From an uncultured Bacteriovorax sp. (GTDB lineage Bacteria; Bdellovibrionota; Bacteriovoracia; Bacteriovoracales; Bacteriovoracaceae): DNA of 37,674 nt. The stretch is taken from contig CAXHHE010000001.1 in NCBI GenBank assembly GCA_964016365.1, positions 1 to 37,674 of the forward strand, given 5' to 3'. Positions 16,693 through 25,921 of this stretch are shown in pieces; position 1 is the first letter of the stretch, and each line of letters opens with the position of its first letter. The translations under genes and the position numbers were made by a program. The notes under the pieces were generated by a model. That model ran no database searches and was not told the DNA's origin. It was given only the letters and a program-made list of their open reading frames with translations.

Positions 16693-17127
16693 TTAAATTT
16701 TTTGATGCAAAGAAGTCATTGAAGCTAGGACGCCACCTGTCGAATTAAAAATTGTTGTGGTCAAAACGACATTACCACGAGCGTCTTTTACATAGACCTC
16801 TAAAATTTTTACAGGGATAGACGCTGGTGGCACTTCAGGAGGTAAAGGTTTTTTATATTGAATGCGGTGATCAAGAGTCAGGTTTGCCCCAATGAAAGCG
16901 GCCGCAGTAAGTACTTTGACGTCCTCATTTTCTTCCGACAATCTAAACTGTCCATCAGTGATAATAGTATCTGACCCCTCCGAACCGGTAACGGTGACAC
17001 TCGCACAAGCGCTCTGAGAGACCGTATAAATCTCGTTCTGCTCGTTTTTATACCTTCCAGTGAAGTCTGTGCACGCAAGAGCAGCCGAAGCAAAGAGAGA
17101 CAAACAAAGGGCCAATAGTACTTTCAT
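16693..17127 (-). CDS. Small exported beta-rich protein, paralog 3
   Basis: AGGAGG SD; signal peptide followed by ACTDFTGRY. Confidence 0.82.
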   Translation of the reverse strand: MKVLLALCLSLFASAALACTDFTGRYKNEQNEIYTVSQSACASVTVTGSEGSDTIITDGQFRLSEENEDVKVLTAAAFIGANLTLDHRIQYKKPLPPEVPPASIPVKILEVYVKDARGNVVLTTTIFNSTGGVLASMTSLHQKI

Positions 17128-17252
17128 AAATCCTCCTTAAAATTTATCGATTGTAAAGATTAGGCATGAGGAAGTGATGAGTGTAAATGAGAGGCCAATT
17201 GAATTAAGGAAAAAATAAGAATCAGCGACGTGGGATGTTTAATGCTGGAAAT

Positions 17253-17279
17253 AAAAAAGGGAGTCCGAAGACTCCCTTT
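17253..17279 (-). terminator. Intrinsic terminator of groESL
   Basis: AAAGGGAGUC-UUCG-GACUCCCUUUUUU, starting about 35 nt after the groEL stop. Confidence 0.88.
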
Positions 17280-17314
17280 GATGGTTTTGTATCGAGGTTG
17301 ATGAACCTATTTGG

Positions 17315-18967
<1,653 letters not shown>

Positions 18968-18991
18968 CTAAATGGTTTTTTACTTTAAAAA

Positions 18992-19279
18992 TTATTGAAG
19001 GATTCCAAGAATCTCTTCTTCTTTCATGATCAGAACCTCTTTCCCATCAACTTTTACTGATGTTCCAGAGTATTTTCCGAAAAGAACTGTATCACCAACT
19101 TTAACGTCAAGGTTGCGAACACTTCCGTCAGTTAGTCTATAGCCAGTTCCGACAGCAACGATTTTACCTTGAGAAGGTTTCTCAGTGTGGTTGTCCGGAA
19201 TAATAATTCCACCAGCTGTTTTTGTTTCTTCGTCTAAGCGTTGAACGACAACGCGGTCTTGTAACGGCTTTAATTGCAT
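18992..19279 (-). CDS. groES: Co-chaperonin GroES
   Basis: [10 protein letters not shown] and [10 protein letters not shown]. Start set to ATG 19279, which has a GGAGG SD. Confidence 0.97.
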   Translation of the reverse strand: MQLKPLQDRVVVQRLDEETKTAGGIIIPDNHTEKPSQGKIVAVGTGYRLTDGSVRNLDVKVGDTVLFGKYSGTSVKVDGKEVLIMKEEEILGILQ

Positions 19280-19307
19280 AAGTCCTCCTAATAATTTGAA
19301 CTCTACC

Positions 19308-19336
19308 AATGTGGTATCAGACCCAATGAGTGTCAA
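19308..19336 (-). promoter_or_regulatory. Putative groESL promoter
   Basis: Perfect -35 TTGACA followed by CCACATT, which fits either a weak sigma70 -10 (CACATT, N17) or a sigma32-like -10. Confidence 0.45.
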
Positions 19337-19451
19337 GGTTAGATCCTAAAAATTATTTTCCAGACTAACGGCAAAGGGTGTCATTTTTGCTTTTTACCGA
19401 GGACTGGAGCATTATTTCCAGCAGAGATTTTTTACTTAAAAGGAGACAAAT

Positions 19452-19862
19452 ATGGTCACAATGACTGGGATTTATGAAGGAGACAAGCACTGCACGCTAA
19501 CCCACGGTCCTTCTAACACCCAAATCCATACTGACGCGCCCAAGGACAACAATGGCCGCGGCGAAGCCTTTTCCCCTACAGACTTAGTGGGTGCTGCACT
19601 CGGAAGCTGTATCCTGACAACAATGGCCATTTACGCTGAAAAAAATGGAATTGATATTAAGGGGGCAAGTTTTCAAGTCATAAAAAAAATGAAGCTCTCA
19701 CCTAGGATGATTGCTGAACTAGAAGTGGCCATTACCCTACCGGCCCACTTAACGGCCGAGCAAAGGCCAGCGCTGGAAGAGATTGCGCACACGTGTCCTG
19801 TAACCAGAAGCTTAAACTCAGAAGTTAAGATTCCGGTCACATTCACATACCAATCACTTTAA
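19452..19862 (+). CDS. OsmC-family protein
   Basis: TDAPKDNNGRGEAFSPTDL, LGSC and CPV; AGGAG SD. Confidence 0.9.
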   Translation: MVTMTGIYEGDKHCTLTHGPSNTQIHTDAPKDNNGRGEAFSPTDLVGAALGSCILTTMAIYAEKNGIDIKGASFQVIKKMKLSPRMIAELEVAITLPAHLTAEQRPALEEIAHTCPVTRSLNSEVKIPVTFTYQSL

Positions 19863-22514
19863 ATCGTACCAGTTGATTCCTACACCCATATCAACTTTAA
19901 GTGGTACGCGAAGATCGACAACATTTTCCATTCCTTCGCGTACCAGCTCTTTCATAAGATTTAATTCATCTTCTTCAACTTCAAAGATAAGTTCATCGTG
20001 AACCTGAAGGAGCATTCTTGATTTAAGATTTTTCGCTGTCATCTCCTGGTCGATCTTAATCATCGCCAGCTTAATGATATCAGCAGCTGTCCCCTGAATC
20101 GGGCTGTTGATCGCCATTCTTTCGGCCTGGGCCTTAATCGTTCTATTTTGTGAGTGAATATCCGGCAGAAGACGTTTTCTTCCATGCAGTGTTTCCGCAT
20201 ATCCCGTCTGCTCTGCCTTGTCTTTTAGAGTATCAAGAAAAGTTTTAATCGAGCTGAAGCGAGTGAAGTATTTATCAATGTATTGCTTAGCTTCTGTGCG
20301 AGAAATTTTTAAAGTCGCCGCCAGGCCAAAAGAAGACTGTCCATACATTAAACCGAAGTTTACTGTCTTTGCCATCGAGCGATCATTCTTAGTTACTTGA
20401 GTGATAGGAATATCTAAAACTTCAGAGGCTGTCTGAGCGTGAATATCTAAATTATCCTGGAATGATTTTAACATCGTCGGGTCTACTGAAAAATGAGCAA
20501 GAAGACGAAGCTCTACTTGAGAGTAATCGGCAGAAAGCAGAATCTTTCCCGGCTTAGCGATAAAGGCCTTTCTCACTTTCTCGCCCATCGGGCTTCGCAC
20601 CGGAATGTTCTGCAGGTTCGGGTTCGTCGATGAAAGACGTCCTGTCTGCGCGACAGTCATATTGAAATTTGTATGAATGCGTTTTGTCTGTGGGTTAACC
20701 AGTTCTGGAAGGGCCTTAACATAAGTTGAAAGGATTTTTCCATACTCGCGAAAAGTTAAAAGAAGACCCGGAACTTCACTGATGTTCATTCCATCAAGTT
20801 CTTCCAGTACCTCAGCGTCTGTTGAATAACCTGTTTTTGTTTTTTTCACTGGTGGAAGGTTCAGTTTTTCAAAAAGAAGAACTCCCACTTGTTTTGGAGA
20901 ATTTAAATTGATTTCCCCTCCGGCCAGTTTAAAGATTTCTTCTTCAACTTTTTTAATTTCAGTTGAAAGTTCAACTTCAAACTCGCGCAGGTAATTTGAG
21001 TTAAGAGAGATTCCCTCTTTCTCCATTTTCCCCAGTACAGAAAGAATATTAAGATCGATATTATTAAAAATATCCATCAATTTCAGGTCACTTAATTTTT
21101 GCTTAAAGATTCTCGCTAAAACAAAAATCGCGTAAGCGCGATCCCCATTTGCCTGATGTTCATCAGGGCCAGCTTCCATATCCAGGTATTCTTTCATAAT
21201 GACATCGAGGTCATGACGAAGTCCTGCGTTGATATTAAAATGCGCCAGGGTCACATCAAAACGTTTTGCTTCAAATCCCCAACCGTTGATAGCTGAGTGA
21301 ACGTAATCGCGTTTTAAGTTATCAGAAATCACTTCAAGGTCTTTGTTGTTCCAAAGGGCCTTAAGTACACTCTCCACTAGGTTTTGGTCAGCCGAATATG
21401 TATGAGTTTCATTGAATGAAAAATAAGTGCGCGAGATTTTTCTCGCATAAATGTCATCGCTATCAAACAGATTGTAAACCGCAACGCTCTCAGCTTGTTT
21501 TGCCTGATTCAGGATTTCATCGAAGTTATTTTCATCTAGGTCGACAACTGCAACTGAAGCGCCTTTTGTTTGATTAAAGAGCGCGCTTTCAATCGGGCCA
21601 TCGTCAGTTGTTCCCCCCGTATTTTTATCTGTTTCGCGGGCAAGGTGATGCTGAAATCTCATTTCCTGAAGTTTAACCAGGATTGATTTGAACCCCAGGT
21701 CTTTTAAGAAATCAGAAAGCTCATTAGTTGGATAGAAGCTAACTGCTGTTTCTTCCGGTGTGTGACCTAAATCTACATCGGTAACGATTTGAACAAGTTT
21801 TTTTGAAAGAAGACCGGCCTCAAGATGATCAGTGAAGGCTTCAATCACTTTCTTTCCTTTCAATTGGTCGCGATTGGCGATGATGTTCTCCAGCGTGCCG
21901 TACTCTTTTAAAAGTTTAGCCGCACCAACAGCACCAATTCCTTTCATCCCTGGAATGTTATCAGATGTATCCCCTACGATTGAAAGGTAGTCGACGATTT
22001 GTTCCGGGCGAACACCCATTTTTTCTTCAACATCATCAGGTGAGTAAAGTTTGTCTTTCATCGTATCGAGAAGCTTTACGTTCCCACCTACAAATTGCAT
22101 TAAATCCTTATCCCCTGAAGCGATAAAAATCTCATCAAACTGTTCTTTCCACTGGACCGCTGCCGAACCAATGATGTCATCGGCTTCGAAGTTGTCGTGG
22201 CTGAAAGTTGGCAGGTTCATTTTTTTAATCAGCTCTTCAATTAAAGCAAACTGCGGAATTAAATCCTCAGGTGGCTCAGACCTGTTGGCCTTGTAACCTT
22301 CAAAAAGTTCATTTCGAAATGATCCACCTTTAGTATCGCGGGCAAGAAAAACGTGTGTCGGTCTTTGATCAGACAAAAGCTTTAAAAGCATCGTAAACAT
22401 TCCATACACTGCATTTGTCGGCACGCCTTCCGGTGAGTGCATTGGACGAATAGCAAAAAACGCACGGAAAATAAAATTAGAGACGTCGACGATAATCAAA
22501 CGTTTTTTCGACAT
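19854..22514 (-). CDS. polA: DNA polymerase I
   Basis: 5'-3' exonuclease motifs (YKANR, EADD, SGDKD) and polymerase motifs ADYSQVELR, AKTVNFGLMYG and QVHDEL. Confidence 0.98.
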   Translation of the reverse strand: MSKKRLIIVDVSNFIFRAFFAIRPMHSPEGVPTNAVYGMFTMLLKLLSDQRPTHVFLARDTKGGSFRNELFEGYKANRSEPPEDLIPQFALIEELIKKMNLPTFSHDNFEADDIIGSAAVQWKEQFDEIFIASGDKDLMQFVGGNVKLLDTMKDKLYSPDDVEEKMGVRPEQIVDYLSIVGDTSDNIPGMKGIGAVGAAKLLKEYGTLENIIANRDQLKGKKVIEAFTDHLEAGLLSKKLVQIVTDVDLGHTPEETAVSFYPTNELSDFLKDLGFKSILVKLQEMRFQHHLARETDKNTGGTTDDGPIESALFNQTKGASVAVVDLDENNFDEILNQAKQAESVAVYNLFDSDDIYARKISRTYFSFNETHTYSADQNLVESVLKALWNNKDLEVISDNLKRDYVHSAINGWGFEAKRFDVTLAHFNINAGLRHDLDVIMKEYLDMEAGPDEHQANGDRAYAIFVLARIFKQKLSDLKLMDIFNNIDLNILSVLGKMEKEGISLNSNYLREFEVELSTEIKKVEEEIFKLAGGEINLNSPKQVGVLLFEKLNLPPVKKTKTGYSTDAEVLEELDGMNISEVPGLLLTFREYGKILSTYVKALPELVNPQTKRIHTNFNMTVAQTGRLSSTNPNLQNIPVRSPMGEKVRKAFIAKPGKILLSADYSQVELRLLAHFSVDPTMLKSFQDNLDIHAQTASEVLDIPITQVTKNDRSMAKTVNFGLMYGQSSFGLAATLKISRTEAKQYIDKYFTRFSSIKTFLDTLKDKAEQTGYAETLHGRKRLLPDIHSQNRTIKAQAERMAINSPIQGTAADIIKLAMIKIDQEMTAKNLKSRMLLQVHDELIFEVEEDELNLMKELVREGMENVVDLRVPLKVDMGVGINWYDLK

Positions 22515-22544
22515 AATTTAATCCTGAATGATTGAGCTAAAAAA

Positions 22545-23048
22545 CTAGATAGAACCAGTTGTATTCGATGTGAACCAACTTGTCTTTCGATTTTTTACAC
22601 CTGCAAAGTTGTCATCGTTGGCCATAACAGAAGTGTCTGCCATTACGTCTCCGAGACGATGTCCTGAGTCGAGATTGTAGAGAAGATAAAGTTCAAAACC
22701 AATAAGAACAACTGCCAGAATCGCCCCCAAAATCCAACCGATAACCGGTAATAAAAGGGCCACTAAAAGCGGCAATGTAAAAGGCAAATTTCTGATGACT
22801 GATTGCTTGTACGAACAAGGAGAGCCGTCTTCCAGAGATTTCACAGCAAATCCCATGAACTTTTTCCCAGCAGACTGTCCATTGCTCATGCCGTCACAAA
22901 GCGACATGTAGATAATCCCCAGAACAACTCCCAATGGAAAAAACCAAATAGAAAAGCACGCCACGATAAACAGGTCGATGGCCTTGGCTATGAGACGGGT
23001 TAATTTGGCGACTCTTATCGCTTTTTCCAATAGATATTTTCTATCCAT
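22545..23048 (-). CDS. RDD-family membrane protein
   Basis: RLIAKAID, GQSAGKK, IRN and RLGDVMADT. Confidence 0.85.
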   Translation of the reverse strand: MDRKYLLEKAIRVAKLTRLIAKAIDLFIVACFSIWFFPLGVVLGIIYMSLCDGMSNGQSAGKKFMGFAVKSLEDGSPCSYKQSVIRNLPFTLPLLVALLLPVIGWILGAILAVVLIGFELYLLYNLDSGHRLGDVMADTSVMANDDNFAGVKNRKTSWFTSNTTGSI

Positions 23049-23054
23049 AAATCA

Positions 23055-23083
23055 ATCTTAGTGACACACCTAAGAAAAAGCAA
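23055..23083 (-). promoter_or_regulatory. Putative sigma70 promoter for RDD-polA (leaderless)
   Basis: TTGCTT-N17-TAAGAT-N6-ATG(23048). Confidence 0.5.
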
Positions 23084-23213
23084 AGGAAAACCCTTGTTTA
23101 CGTCCAACAGTTACAGAGGTGAAACCGATGCTGTATGCGAGGCATGATATTTTTTCATTTTCACCACCTTACCACTTAATGTAGAATGAATTTTACAACA
23201 AAAGGAGTTCCTC

Positions 23214-23537
23214 ATGGGATCAGTAAATAAAACAGACGTAGCACACTTCGAATCAGACGTATTAAAATCAGATAAACCAGTTCTAGTTGATTTCTGGGCT
23301 GAGTGGTGTGGACCATGTCGCGTACTTGGACCAATACTTGACGATGTTGCTAAAGAATTAGGCGAAAAAGCACAGATCGTAAAAGTTAACGTTGATGACA
23401 ATCCTGAGCTAGCTCAAAAGTATGGTATCCGTGGGATTCCAACAATGATCTTCTTCAAGAATGGTCAAGCTGCTAAAACTCTAGTTGGAGTTCAGGCAAA
23501 AGACGAAATCAAAAAATCACTTGAAGAGATGGCGTAA
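23214..23537 (+). CDS. trxA: Thioredoxin
   Basis: VLVDFWAEWCGPC and GIPT; AAGGAG SD. Confidence 0.97.
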   Translation: MGSVNKTDVAHFESDVLKSDKPVLVDFWAEWCGPCRVLGPILDDVAKELGEKAQIVKVNVDDNPELAQKYGIRGIPTMIFFKNGQAAKTLVGVQAKDEIKKSLEEMA

Positions 23538-23540
23538 TTT

Positions 23541-24116
23541 ATGTTTGCACTAGAGTCGCTACAAGATGCACAGAAAGTTCTAAACGCTTTTGTTGATAAC
23601 AAAAGCAACGTTGAGTTGATTAATAAGGCCATTAACCTAATGGTTGATTCTTATAAAAACGACGGCAGAATGTTCAGTTGTGGAAACGGCGGCTCTATGT
23701 GCGATGCTATGCACTTCGCGGAAGAGCTTACTGGAAGATTCAGAAAAGAAAGAAAGCCTCTAGCGGCCATGGCGATCAATGACCCTTCTCACCTAACTTG
23801 TGTTTCAAACGATTACGGATACGACTTTGTTTTCTCTCGCTACGTAGAAGCTTGGGGAAATAAAGGCGACGTCCTTCTCGCTATCTCAACTTCTGGAAAT
23901 TCACCTAACGTTCTTCTAGCTGTAGAAGCTGCTAAGAAAAAAGGCATGAAAGTTATCGGCCTTCTTGGAAAAGGCGGCGGGAAGCTAAAAGACATGGTCG
24001 ACGTTCCGCTTATCGTTGAATCTAACGTCAGTGATCGTATTCAGGAAGTTCATATTAAGTGTATTCATATTTTCATTGAAGGTATTGAGCGCGCTATGTT
24101 CCCTGAAAACTACTAA
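23541..24116 (+). CDS. gmhA: Phosphoheptose (sedoheptulose-7-phosphate) isomerase
   Basis: CGNGGSMCDAMHFAEEL, NDYGY, ISTSGNS and DRIQEVH. Confidence 0.95.
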   Translation: MFALESLQDAQKVLNAFVDNKSNVELINKAINLMVDSYKNDGRMFSCGNGGSMCDAMHFAEELTGRFRKERKPLAAMAINDPSHLTCVSNDYGYDFVFSRYVEAWGNKGDVLLAISTSGNSPNVLLAVEAAKKKGMKVIGLLGKGGGKLKDMVDVPLIVESNVSDRIQEVHIKCIHIFIEGIERAMFPENY

Positions 24117-24153
24117 TCAAAAAAGTAGCTCGAACGAACTCATTAGAAGACAT

Positions 24154-24600
24154 TCAGTAAATCGCCCCCATCACAATAAAGAGCGCCGCCATATTAGTGA
24201 TCAGCAGCCATTGCTTTGAATGAGTCTGGCGATAATTCATGAAAGCATCAAGCAAGAACACTTGTGCCCACAACATAAAACCTACGCGGTAAATAAACCC
24301 GCGGAAGGCATCGTTGACGTTAAAGACATCGAGTAAAAAAGGTAAGCTAAAAAGCACCAGGAATACGATCGACATGATCGAGCGCTTGATTCTCTCATCT
24401 TGATAAAAGATCAAGTCTGGCTTTCGCAATTTGATGTAAAGATCGTTCAAGAAGAGGACGTAAACAAACACAATCAAATAGTCATCGAATGACTTAAACC
24501 CTATGAAAAGCTGGCACAATAAGAGAGTACTAAAGGCCAGAAGCAATGCCATTTTCACTCGGGTCAGTTGTAAACCTGAAATGTTCTTTAACACGTTCAT
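24154..24600 (-). CDS. Hypothetical multi-pass membrane protein
   Basis: About five hydrophobic segments. Confidence 0.72.
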   Translation of the reverse strand: MNVLKNISGLQLTRVKMALLLAFSTLLLCQLFIGFKSFDDYLIVFVYVLFLNDLYIKLRKPDLIFYQDERIKRSIMSIVFLVLFSLPFLLDVFNVNDAFRGFIYRVGFMLWAQVFLLDAFMNYRQTHSKQWLLITNMAALFIVMGAIY

Positions 24601-24664
24601 GGGACTAGTATAACTGATGATCTACTTTTAGCTGTGAGACTGGGCTAAGGCCTTGAAATACGGT

Positions 24665-24689
24665 TTGGCAGGACCTAAGACCCTGCCAA
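24665..24689 (-). terminator. Hairpin after the Glt-like operon
   Basis: TTGGCAGG-N9-CCTGCCAA, starting about 23 nt after the 24713 stop. No clear U tail. Confidence 0.4.
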
Positions 24690-24712
24690 CAAAGGATGTC
24701 AGAGCAAGTTGA

Positions 24713-24988
24713 TTAGCGAACGCGCTCGATTCCCTTCTTAATTTCCATTGTGAAGGACTTTCTGTAAGGAAGGCGGTTCGTGAAACGTTTCTCATGAATA
24801 GGTGAAATCGAGATATCGCTTGGCGCTCCCGTGTCCCCTTCAATGTTCAGGTCATCAAAGTCAAATTTCTCATACTGCTTGTATGTGTAAATGACTTTTT
24901 TGTTTCCGCTCTTTCCTTCTCCGGCGATATCGTCCTGGGCGAAAAGAGTGCTTGATGAAAGAAGAAGTGCAATAAATAGTGTTTTCAT
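24713..24988 (-). CDS. gltF: CglF/GltF-like small periplasmic protein
   Basis: Signal peptide and the pattern YEKFDFDDLNIEG...P...RKSF, resembling myxobacterial CglF/GltF; follows the TPR genes. Confidence 0.7.
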   Translation of the reverse strand: MKTLFIALLLSSSTLFAQDDIAGEGKSGNKKVIYTYKQYEKFDFDDLNIEGDTGAPSDISISPIHEKRFTNRLPYRKSFTMEIKKGIERVR

Positions 24989-24991
24989 ATT

Positions 24992-25921
24992 TTAATTCCT
25001 GATAAATCTTTCTACTTTTTGAGCGTATTCACTAATAGGGCCCGATGGGCTTGAGACGTTTGATAAAACAGTCTGAGCATCAATCGGACGGTTCAGTAAC
25101 TTTAGTGCAACGGCGTAGTTTAAGCCAACTGACGGAGTTGCTAGCGTTGCTTTATCAAACTTGCCGTAGATATCTACAGCACTCTGATAATCACCTTTAA
25201 TCAAATAAGCTGATGCTAGTGCTGATCCTACTTCTATATCTTTTGGACTGCGTTTTTGTAGTCCTTGGAAAATGGGAAGAGCTTTTCCAACAGTTCCAAA
25301 ACGAAGATACAACTGTGCCAGGTTATAAGTTGGAGTCACTGCAAATGTATTTAAGTCTGAAGCCAGTTTAAAGGCCGCAAGAGCTTTCTGGAATTTCCCT
25401 TGCTTTTGGTAAACAACTCCAAGGTTATTGACCGGTGGGATGTACTTGCTGTCGAGATCACGAGACTTATTGTAGAAAAGAATCGCCTTCGCATAATCAG
25501 ATTTTAAGAAGTAACAAGTTCCTAGTTGGTTCCAATAGCTCGTGTTGTTCTTAAATTTTGTATACTGATCATCGGCAATCTTTAAGGCCTCGTCGTATTT
25601 ACCTTGATAACATTTAATGTTCATCACGGTTAAAGGATCATCATTTCCTTTCAGTGCTTCTTCTAGTTTCGCTGGAGCTAAAGAACCTAAAGATTCTTTT
25701 ACTAGAGCATGTGATGACTCATCCGACGAAGAGAAATCAAATTCGTCTTTATCGGCATCGTATTTTTCTTCTTTCTTCTTATCGAAATCTAACTGCTCTA
25801 CCCATGAGAAGTCCTCTTCCGCTGAGCTCACTCCTCTTTTAGAAGAAGCGATTTCACGAGAGACATTCGATGTTGTCGAGCACGCAGAAAGAATTAAAAG
25901 TAATGGTAATAGTTTTTTCAT
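24992..25921 (-). CDS. TPR lipoprotein (GltE/AglT-like)
   Basis: Lipobox LSAC and TPR motifs (WNQLG, NNLGVVY, YNLAQLY); position between the large TPR gene and gltF. Confidence 0.75.
   Translation of the reverse strand: MKKLLPLLLILSACSTTSNVSREIASSKRGVSSAEEDFSWVEQLDFDKKKEEKYDADKDEFDFSSSDESSHALVKESLGSLAPAKLEEALKGNDDPLTVMNIKCYQGKYDEALKIADDQYTKFKNNTSYWNQLGTCYFLKSDYAKAILFYNKSRDLDSKYIPPVNNLGVVYQKQGKFQKALAAFKLASDLNTFAVTPTYNLAQLYLRFGTVGKALPIFQGLQKRSPKDIEVGSALASAYLIKGDYQSAVDIYGKFDKATLATPSVGLNYAVALKLLNRPIDAQTVLSNVSSPSGPISEYAQKVERFIRN

Noticed and set aside
19295-19336. CIRCE operator upstream of groES
   Set aside because: Half-site-like TTGACACTC and GAGTTCAAA are present but 24 nt apart rather than 9, so this is not a canonical HrcA site.
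19280-19336. TTG-start extension of groES
   Set aside because: The TTG is part of the -35 box; the SD supports ATG 19279.
23111-23401. 96-aa minus-strand ORF
   Set aside because: Antisense to trxA.
24628-24843. 71-aa alternative-frame ORF overlapping the gltF-like gene
   Set aside because: No SD or motif; the other frame has a signal peptide and family pattern.
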